Source: Salpingoeca rosetta
Taxonomy: Eukaryota; Protista; Choanoflagellata
Direction: 5' to 3'
Assembly (NCBI GenBank): GCA_033442325.1
Contig: JAWQFM010000019.1
Coordinates: 826,230 to 876,229, forward strand
DNA length: 50,000 bases
Shown here: positions 1-17,646 of the stretch, piece by piece
How positions within the stretch are numbered: position 1 is the first letter of the stretch
How the letters are laid out: each line of letters starts with the position of its first letter
Position numbers and translations under genes: made by a program
Notes under the pieces: model-generated
Databases searched by the model: none
Told to the model about the DNA's origin: nothing
Seen by the model: only the letters and a program-made list of their open reading frames with translations

Positions 1-214
1 GAGAGAGAGAGAGACCCATGAGCGTGTATGTATGCATGTGCCTGAATACCACGACCGAGCCGTGTGCTGTTACTTGTACACGTCTAACCACGCAATGAAC
101 CCCCCAACCTTCCTTTCTTCGCCATTCATTCACCTCACCAATACACATCACCATCCCTCGCCCCCCCCCCTTCTGCTCTCATCAACACGCCATCCTCGTC
201 CAACCCTCGTCCAG

Positions 215-396
215 CACTGGACCTGCTTGAGAAGATGCTCATCTTCAACCCGGACAAGCGCATCACTGTGGAGATGGCCCTGTCCCACCCGTACTTTGAG
301 CAGTACTATGACCCCTCCGACGAGCCAGAGGCAGAGGAGCCCTTCACATTCGAGTGTGACGTCGACGACATTGGCAAGGAGGCCCTCAAAGGTAGG

Positions 397-467
<71 letters not shown>

Positions 468-864
468 GACGTCTGGTTTCGTGTCATTTCAATGTACACC
501 TAGTTGCTCACCTCACGCATTCCTTTCCCCGTCGTTCTTCAAACTCGTTCTTTGTTTTCAGAGCTCATCTTTCAAGAGGTGCAGGCATCTCGCGCCCGCG
601 AAGCACGTACGTACACAGTGTACAACATTCAACACCCAACACACAACGCACATACACGCACATATGCACACCGCCATACACACCACACAACGCATATACA
701 TGCACAGACACACAAACCCCGACACATACATACACAGCCATACAGACACACAAATACACACACACTCTCCCCTTCCTTCCCTCCCGCCTCCCACACGCCG
801 ACGCCAAAGCTCACCACATCCCCCATGGTGCCCTTTCCTCACAGAAGAACTTGCAGCAATGTGA
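215..864 (+). CDS. MAP kinase (ERK1/2-like), last three exons (215-391, 562-606, 845-864); 5' part lies upstream of the window
   Basis: Spliced translation [80 protein letters not shown]. This matches the ERK kinase subdomain XI and the CD docking motif [12 protein letters not shown] junctions have consistent phase. Confidence 0.9.
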
Positions 865-1575
865 CCGCGACGCTGATGCAATCGCCAGCAACTGTTATCG
901 CTCGCTCGTTCGCTCGCCATGGTTTTGTGTTAGCCCATATGTTCCCCTTGGCCCCTTCTCTTCCTACACACACGACGCAGCACCAGCAGCGGCATGACAC
1001 ACACACGCACACATGTGTGTGTGTGTGTGCGTGTTTCTTGGATCGTTTATAACTGCCGCCTCCCCTTTCTCTTCCCCATCTCTTCTTTTGTGCTGCTGGT
1101 TTTCTGCCATTGCTGTGGTGTGCTCGTTGATTCAACCCCCACACCCAAACATGTCGCCATTCCATCATTCCATCCTTTCATTGTTAATCGCTCGTTTCCA
1201 TGGAGCCTTGTTCTCAGTGACTGCGTGCATCAAACCACACCGCGGCACAACATGTCACCCCGGCCACCACCACCACCACAACTTCTTCCTAACTGCCCGG
1301 TCACTGTTTCTTCGTTTCCTGTTTTGCTTTCTTGACATTGCGTTTTGTTGTATGCTTTTGGCATAATCAATTGAACGGTCAAACCACCCACCCTTCCCGC
1401 CCAAAGCAGCCCTGCTTCCTGCCACCTCCCTTGCTTTGCTTGGTGATGGATTGATTTCCACTTTTGTGTGTTTGCGACCCCTCTTCCCCTCTCGCGCCGT
1501 GTCTGGTGTTCTCAACGAAGCGTGACAGTTTGGTGCGTGCGCGTGGGTTTACTCTCGTCGTCGTCGTCGTTGTTG

Positions 1576-1684
1576 TTACCGTTGTTGGTGCACGTTCAAC
1601 AGTGAACTGACGCTGTGCAACCAGCAAATGGAAGCAAAAGGAGTGGAGAGAAGCGAGGGATGGGCAGCGAACACTACCACCAAG

Positions 1685-1730
<46 letters not shown>

Positions 1731-4700
1731 CCACAACCACACACACACACATACACACACAACCACACACAACCACACACACACACACAACCACACAACC
1801 ACACACACACACACACACAACCACAACCACACACCCAGCCCACACAGCACTCACTCACTCACGCCTTCTTTGAGAGGACAATGTGGCGCAGGGCACCGGC
1901 ACCTTCGCTGCGGCTGCTGACGGTGCCAAGGCTATCGCAAATGCTGTGCACGAGCTTGCGCTGGTACGCGGTGATGTGGCAGGGCAGGGCGCGCGTCTTG
2001 TCCGTGGACGCAACAAACTCTCGCACGGCCTGGCTCACGCGTGCATCTGTCCACGACGATGACGCGGTGGTGGTGTCGCGGAACACGGCCTCGCCGCCAA
2101 GGGAGATGGCCATGCACGTGCCCTGCGCCCGGAAGTGCTCGAGCTCGCGCCAGAGCGGCTGCAGAGCATTGAGCATCGCGTCCCGTGTCATCGCGCGGCA
2201 CAGCACAGCACGCACGTGCGTGTCCACGCTGTTCGCTGGCAGCGATTCCGGCCGCTCAAACGCATCCACAAAACGCCGCTGCCCCGTGAACACGCGAACA
2301 AGACCGTCACCAGCTGCTGCACGCTGAAGGTGGGTGATGTACGTTGGCAGGCGAGCGTGCAGGAACAAATCCGCCTGCCACGCCACGTGGCTGTTGTCGC
2401 CCGCAAATGCAATCACAATCTCAGACCCGCCGCCCGCAACATTCGAGGATGACGCCGACGCGCTGCCCTTGCTCTTGCTGGTGGTGGTGGTGGTGGTGGG
2501 ATGAGAGGCATGGGTGCCCTGTTCGTCGTCATCATCGTCGCCATCATCATCATCAGCAGCACCGCCCGTGTTGGTTGCCGGGCCCTGGTGCTGGTCGCGT
2601 GAAATCTGCAGCAGCGTGGCGGCCACTGCGGCATCGTGCGCGTTCATCTCCTTCCACCCGTGGCTCTGCACCAGCTGGCACAGCGTCGAAGTAGACACGC
2701 CATCGCTCCGCAGGAAGCGCAGCCAGCGCTTGCACATCCTCGCGACCTCTCCCCATGTGGCCGCCGCGACCGTCCCTCCTTTCTTGACGCCGCCTTCGCT
2801 CGCACCCGATGTGAGCAGGGCCTGCGCGTTCCCGTTTGCGAAGAACGACAGCAGCGACAGCAGCAGCGCGTCCCCCGTGGCGTGTGCCGACGTCGGGTCC
2901 GGCTGGTGCTCCCGCGCAACCTGCATGAACGCGGCAACGAGGTGGAAGCGGCGCAGGCCGACAACGCCCGTGCCGTAGACGCCAATCGACTCCAGCAGCA
3001 GCCGCGCCACCTCAAGCACGCTCGCCGCTGTTTGGATGGGAATGCCTCGGGCACGGAGGAGGGTGTGCAGTGCACGGTTGACCGCGATGCCGTCGAGTGC
3101 AATTACAGACGCGTCGTCGCATGCAGCGGCCGGCGGCGGCAGGAACGAGGCGCAGGACGTGATCTCCTCCACTTGTGCAGCGTGCACCACTGCTGCAATC
3201 TGTGATTGTGTGTTTGTGTGTGTGAATGCGTGTGTGTGTGTGATTGTATGCGTGATTGTATGTGTGCGTGATTGTATGCGTGTGTGTGTGATTGTATGTG
3301 TGCGTGATTGTGTGCGTGTGTGTGATTGTATGTGTGCGTGATTGTATGCGTGTGCGAGAGGCAGTGTACAGGTGTGGGTGTGAGTGCGTCGTGCGTTTTT
3401 TGATCAACTTCTAAGCACGGCCAGCGAAATTCATGCCAACGAACACCACAACCAGAAATGCACACCAACAACACCACCATATCACCACCCATCCTCATCG
3501 TCACAACGCGAAACACCGACCAGGTCAAGGGTGACGGTGGCTGCGTTGGTGCAGGCAATCCTGGCAACGATGCGAGGGCAGCGGGCCTTGTCTGCGAGAT
3601 AAACGTCAGCAGCACCTTCCTCCGCTAAGACTGCAAAGAGGCGCGAGATGAGAAACGCCGGCTGCACCGCATACGTGCTGCGCACGAGAGGAGCAAGAAG
3701 GCACACGTCCACGTCCGACAGGCAGCCGATGGTGTGCGAGCCAAACACAATCGCGGCCGCAGCATCAACGTCAAAGGTGGCGGCGTAATCTGCGCTGTCG
3801 GCACACTCGCGCAGCACGCGTGCCCAGCACCTGGTCACCAGCGCTATGCCAGCGGCGACGGCAGCATCGTAGCCGCTGGGGCGAGACAGCAGCCCAAGCT
3901 CATCGCACAGCGCAGCAACAGCACCACCACCGCTGTCGCCACCAGCAGCAACAGCACCACCAACAGCAGCGCGCTGCACTTGCTGCTCGTGCTCCTCCGT
4001 GTCTGAACCGTCAACGTTGTCGTCATCGTCGTCGCCGCCATTAGCAGCACCGTCACGACTGCTGTGATCGCGTGCGGCATCCAGCGCTGGTGCGGCTGCG
4101 GGGACTGCCAGAGACCAGAGCGTGTTGGCGTCCACCACATCCACACGCGCGCCGCACTCGGACCGCAGGGACTCCACGCCCTGCAGCGTCTTGCCCAGGT
4201 CGTCGATGAACGTGATGCGCGAATACCGGGCCGTCTCCCACATGTCGCGCACGGTGTCGCGCTTGAACACGCTCGTGTCCTGCCCGCCGCCAGGGTGGCA
4301 GATGAGGCGGAAGGAGGATGGGCACAGGCCAAAGGCTGCAAGCACGCGCTGCACATGCGCGCGCATGGGGGCCAGGCGCCCCGTCAGCACGACCACCTCG
4401 ACATTGTCACGTGCATGCAAGATATGACGAAACATCTGCATGGCAGGGCCTGGGAAGAGGGGCATGTATGGGGCCAGGCTCTCCGGCTGCGACGCCCAGC
4501 TGTCCTTGGGCCACGCTTTGCCGTGTTGCTGTGCGGAGGGAGAAGAACCAGAAGAGGCAGAGTGTATGGGTGGGATTTGGAGTGAGTGGAAGTTTTGTCA
4601 TGAGAACAAGGATCGAACGAAAGGAGGGAGAAGTTGAAGGTGAATTTGGGGGGGGGGGGAGAGGCAACCGCACACTGCAAGCGCGGTCAGACACTTGCGA

Positions 4701-7700
4701 AAAAACACGTGTGCTTGCACACGCGCGTGCAAGCAGAGAGACGCGTCACTGACCTGCCAGTAGAAACGCGAGCCTTCCTCCTTCCCTGGCACGAGCATGA
4801 GGGTGTTGTCAAAGTCAAACACATACAGCTGCGGCTTGGCAACGGGCGCTGTCATGTCTGGCAGCACGGCAGCGCTCTTCGCAATCGGCGCAACGACAGA
4901 GCTGCGGTTGTGCGACACGCGCGTTATTCCATGCGCGTCCCGGAAGCACACGCCAGCAACCGCCTCCACCTCAATGGCGCCATCAAGCCTGTTGACAACA
5001 AGTCCCCGTCCTGTACTAGAGGTGGCAGCATCTGCTGTTGCTGTCACCAGTTCAGGGGCGGCGGCTGCAGCTGCAAGGAGCGTGTTGGAGTACACGGCCT
5101 CAACGCCACCTGCGGTCGACACTGTAATGTGCGGATGGGCATTCAAACTCGCCAGCGCATCCACGCTTTCGTCATCGCCGTCACCGTCACCATCACGGGT
5201 GCGACGCCAGGACACGACCAGGGCCTGCCCGCGCGCATCATACACTTCCGCTTCGACGCGAACGGTCACACGCTCCCCAAACGGCAGCGAGAGCCACATC
5301 TCCGTGGACGGGCGGTAGGCGAGGGTGACGTGGTCCAGGTGCTCGGTCGTGTGGCGCTTGGGCAGCCGTTCACGCAGCAGCGCACGCGCCTCCTGCGTGA
5401 GGAACAGGCCCGTATACACCACCTCGCACTGGGGGCGTGGCGTCATGCTTGCCGGAGTGGCGCTTGCACGCGGTGTCAGCTTCACCTCGACATCAGCATC
5501 GGCAGGATTGGTAGCACCAGCGTTCTTCGATGCGTTCGCTGACGTGGCGGTCGTGGTTGCAGTCGTGCTGGCAGCGCCTGGCGTCAGCGCGGTTGCTGCT
5601 GCTGTTGATGCGGCGCTGTTGCTGCCATTGTTGCTGTCGTCGCTGAGGTCATACTGGTCGATCATGATGGTGTGCCCATCATCGGGGCTCTCCTCCCACA
5701 TGTTGTACATGCGGAAGAACACGGCGGGTTCGAGGTGGTGCGTGTTGCGCTGGAAGAAGCGAGTCGCCTGCTCCCGCGAGAAGCACCCCAGCTCCACCAC
5801 ACACCAGTCGTAACCGGCAGCCACGGCGCCCTCCACATATGCCTCGTAGCGCGATGGCGTAATGTTGGTGTTGTCCACAATCACCAGCCGCACACCGCTT
5901 GCCAAGCTCTCCCTGAACAGCTCTTTGCACTTCTCGTGGGCGGCCTTGGTCAGCTGCTTGCTCCACGCCTCCTTGTACGTCGTGTTGGTCTTGCGCGCAT
6001 GCCGCTCAATCTCGTGATCAGCGCTGCACACAACAACGCCGTTGGTGGCGGCGGTGCTGTCGCTGCAGCCCCTCGTGTTGCTCTCGTTGTCTGTCGTGGT
6101 GCTAGTGGTGCTCTTGGAGGTGTTAGTGGTGGTGGTTGTCGACAGCTTGGTGGCATCACCGGCACTGCCTGCTGGTGGCGCGGTTGATGTTGTTGTTGTT
6201 GTTGCTGCTGGTGGTGGTGGTGCCGTACCAGCCCCACTCGCAGCCTGAGGAGGGGCGCTGGTCGACGCTGCCGCTTTGCGAGCGACGGGGTCGAGTTGCT
6301 TGAGCATGCGCACGGTGGTGCTCTTGCCAGAGCCAGGCAGGCCCTTCATGATCACAACAAGGCCCGTGCTAGTGTTGTACAGCCGCTGCTGTACGAGTTC
6401 AACAGCAGCAGCGGCAGTCACGCCCACGCGGGCGTTGGGGATGTGGGCGACGCGCTGGTAGTGGCCGTCATCAGCCTTGTCCGGAGACATCCTGTCACCA
6501 TGGTAATGATGGTGATGGTGGTGATGGTTGGTGATCGGTGCGTGTGGCGTTTGAGGAGGTGACCGGTTAAGACAGGCGATAGGTAAGATGAGAGCATGCA
6601 ATCACAGTGCACCTCACGGTTGGCAGCAAGCAAAGGAGGACTTCAACCAGGTGGTACAGCTGAAAACGGGAAGGACAAGGCAGCGCTGGACACGACACAA
6701 GACCCGTGCTGACATGTGTGTGTACCTGTTGAGGTGTAGGGCCTCCACTCTGTGCCAAAGAGATTTCGGTGCTTCCAGACCGTTGCATAGATCAAGCGGC
6801 AGGCGGCCGTTCTGTCAAGGCGGGTGCATGGATGAACATGTGGCAACAGTCAATAATACCGTGTCATGTGTATACATAAAGCTGGAAATACACTCACGCA
6901 CGCACACGTACATACACACACACGCACATTCACGCACGCGCACACAAACGAACACACACGCACACAAACGAACACACACGCACACAAACGAACACACACA
7001 CACACTCTCACTCTCACTCTCACACGTACGTTCTGGAGGGCTGCGCGGGATGGTTTGACAATGGAGATGTGGGGCACAAATGGGGTGCGGTTTCCAACAA
7101 GGGCGACGCCTGCGCCTTCGAGATGCGCACACAGCTCGGTCACAAGCCGCTGAATGTTGCACTTGTGCTCGTTGACAGACGCATACACGAGCCGGTCCCC
7201 AAACATGGCTGGCGCCTCCACGAGAAAGCGGTTCGATGGCGGTACGACACGATGCACACGGGACCTGAGGTGGTGTGGCGATATAGTGTGTGGTCATATG
7301 GTGAATGGGGGAGGGGGCACTGCAAACGTGTTTGTGTATGAATATGTGTGTGCATGTGCTTGTGCACGCATGTGTGTGCATGTGCAGGTGTGCGTTTGTG
7401 CACCTGCATATGCGTGTTTACGTGTGCACAACGCTTTATGCATGCGTCGCACTGAAACAGCTTGACCAGCGACCACAATGACCGCACCTGAAGGAACGGA
7501 GGGCGAGGGCTGCAGCTGCAATGTCGCTGGAGGTGGCACAGCGCAGCGTCACGAGCGTGATGTGGAACGCTGGCGAGCGCGTGCGAGAGAGGGGGGAGCA
7601 GGTGTTGGTGTGAGTGCGTGAAAAAGGGAACCAAGTCATTTCACAAGCACACATGTACACACACAAGCAGACAGACAGACAGAAAGACAGACACACAAGC

Positions 7701-8830
7701 ACACAGACAAACACACACAGACAAACACACATACACACATGCACCAGCACCACCATCTCCGGGCAACCTTGGCTTGGGATGAGGTGGTCTGCGAGCCAGG
7801 GGATGCGGCTGACAATGGCGTCCTGCCAGCTCTTCAGCTGCTGCACGACAGACGGGCGGTCCACACGCAGACTGACAAAGTAGTTGGGTCGATCCGAGTC
7901 ATCCCGCACGCGACGCAAGCGCAGGCGCCGACCAACCTCGTTTGCCAGCCCATCATCATCACCATCATCATCATCACCATCATCGTCGTCGTCGTCATCG
8001 TCGTCGTCATTGTTGTCGCGTTGCGCATTGGCATTTGTCGCACCACCGGTATCGTCATCACCATCACCATCATCATCATCGCTGTTGTCCATCATTTCCT
8101 GCAACCTTGCCTGATGCTCGGCATCTGCCTTGGCCACAGTCTACCGTGCAACATCAACCAGAGAGGTGGGTGATCAGTGCGCATGTGCGAACGAAAGTGT
8201 GTGCGCGGATGCGTCGCAGGAAACCCCCAGCCACAAACACGACAGCCAGACGGACACTGTGTGTGTGTGTGTGTGTGTGTGCGAACCTCCTCTAGCTTGA
8301 CGCCGGTTCCAGCGCTTCCAAACACGCGATCCACACGGTTTGGGCGGTCCCAAATAATAGTGTCCCTGAGGAAGAAGAAAAAAAAAATGTGCGTCATGTG
8401 TGTGTGTGTGTGACATGGTTGAGTGTATGGTTACCATGCCGTCCAATGCATGGTCTTCCATCTCTAAACATGCACGCACCAAGCTTGCACTGCCCTTGTG
8501 TACGCGCAAACACGCAGCGCACAAGCGCACAAACACACAAACACGCAGCGCACAAACACACAGCTGCAGCATATGACTGACCTGTACTTGAAGTAGACGA
8601 TGCGGTGTCTTGGAATGGCCACGGCCTTGTGGGAAAGAGCACCAAGGTCGTCCACCCAGTTGAACTCATCAAAAGCTCGCTCCTTCACGCCAACAAAGCG
8701 ATCTTCATACCCAACAATCACAAGGCTAGACGAAATCGTGCTATCCCACCTATGGTGTTGTTCACCAAAATACAGCCAATTGCAACCAAGCGGATCGCCC
8801 AATCAACCAGTCATGTGAGTGGGTGAGCGA

Positions 8831-8902
<72 letters not shown>

Positions 8903-9066
8903 TGCAAAGTGGAGTGTACAGCGCTCACGGTGCTGCAGGCAGTAGGCAAATGAACGTACGTGATACGCTTAATGATGTCATCCGCGGGGCGCATCTTCCG
9001 ATCACGCGAAGCGTCGGGGCTGTTCGACTTGCCGGACTTGCCAGCCTTTTGCTTCTTTGATGGCAT
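1576..9066 (-). CDS. Multi-domain RNA end-healing/repair protein ('Swiss-army-knife' type, LENG9-like N-terminus): MJ1316 - 2H (AKAP7-like) - P-loop PNK - 2H - HAD - pol-beta NTase/PAP-like - R3H; ~1749 aa
   Basis: Exons 9066-8960, 8749-8582, 8365-8287, 8140-7768, 7569-7488, 7264-7030, 6811-6726, 6491-4754, 4528-3521, 3199-1863, 1612-1576. All introns are GT-AG, phases are consistent and the total is 5250 nt. Motifs: MRPADDIIKRITWD..VGYEDRF..IPRHRIVYFK..WDR (MJ1316); RPNYFVSL..HITL..PHISI (2H); MKGLPGSGKST..SADH..VIVDNTN (kinase); DHVTL..PHITV (2H); VFDFDNTL..LTGR..FK..FIDD (HAD); FGS..SDVD..TLDL (NTase); QRKLVH..SRSEG (R3H). Confidence 0.85.
3201..3352. repeat. Intronic degenerate minisatellite (GTGATTGTATGC/GT variants)
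   Basis: Tandem gtgattgtatg(t/c)gtg units directly visible, abutting the minus-strand splice acceptor at 3200-3201. Confidence 0.7.
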
Positions 9067-9705
9067 GGTCCTCGGTTACACACACGGGTCAACGCGGCCA
9101 GAAACGAGGCGAAGATCAGCTAGAGATGAAAATATAAAAGGGGGTGCGCAAGAAAGAAACGCGATCTGCTTGGCTTGCTTCAAAGCGAAGATGGTCTGTA
9201 TCTTCTTCTTGAGAGCGAAGGCGTCCGTGTCTCCTTGATGTGAGTTCCGATGGAATCTGCAACAAGGGATGTGCGATCTCTGGATTAGTTGTCGAGATGT
9301 CAGTAAATGAACCACGATGACATGCGACACTGACATGCGCTCACACTGACCGCTGTCCCAATGGAGCTGTTACAACAACACCAGCACGCTGAAATGAACA
9401 CAAACAGGACCATTGCCAAGCGCGTAACAGCACCAACGAAATTTTGCTGGAGATTCAGCAATTCTTCCCGACTTGAGGTGTTTGGTTTGCCTGCGCACAA
9501 CGACAATCAACCAACCACCAACAACAACAAACCAACAGCACTCACTCACGGCTTTCGCGTTCGCGTTCGTGTTCGTGTTCGTGCTCGTGTTTGTTTGCGG
9601 GTCTTGATGGGTCGGTGGATGGAGGACGGGAAGAAGTGAAGGCAAGCGCCAAGCAGAGTTCCCACTCAGGCACAGACGCAGAGACACGCGCATGCGCCCA
9701 TCGCC

Positions 9706-16773
<7,068 letters not shown>

Positions 16774-17122
16774 CCGGACCAAAGTTGAAGGGGCCAAAGA
16801 GCAAGACCCTCTGCTGCACATGTCGCAGCAACTGCTAGCAGACACAACGTTTGTTGCGCTTGTTGCGCTTGTTGTTCTGTAGTTTAATGTTGTTGTGAAC
16901 TTCATCAACACCGTTCGTCGATCCACTTTTTGTTCACCCTTGAGTTTTGTTTTGTAGGCGAGAAAGTGAGGTACTCAGCAGCCAGCCAGTCAAAGACCAT
17001 TGTCACAAGACCAAAACACTCGTTCATATTTGACGTCTCATCATCACAGATTCCTTTTATGACTCTCATTGTCCTCCGTAAATAAACACGCCAGCCGGCA
17101 AACCATCCATGAATCCATCCAT

Positions 17123-17203
<81 letters not shown>

Positions 17204-17646
17204 CACCAACGTATCGCTCTCGTGAACAAGGAGGGTTGGCTGTTCTCATGTGCAGCGCGCGTGCGCGCATGTGTATGCACGTGTGTATGCTTTGTCTATT
17301 TATTTGGAAATGGAAAAAAGCAAGGGGTTCTTATCAGTTCATCACAACAGACACAAGCAAGCAACATCATCAAATCACAACACCACTCACTGCGTCAGCT
17401 TTCGCTCTCGCTATCGTACACTCAGCTCCAACTGTACCCATGTAAACCAGCCTCACATCAACACCACCCTTGAAATGCAGTTGCACGAGAGGATGACAGA
17501 ACATATGTCACGAGTGAGCACAATACACGTCAACCTCACGTCAACACACCCAAACGCTTCTATCACATGCGACACACCAGCCTGCTGCTTCTCGCGCGTG
17601 CTCCACTGTGGCTTTCTTGACCACGCAATGGACTGCAACGACAACA

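Noticed and set aside
9133-9140. TATAAAAG box between the repair gene and the TBC gene
   Set aside because: It is ~570 bp from the TBC start and points away from the nearer gene; it is unsupported without TSS data.
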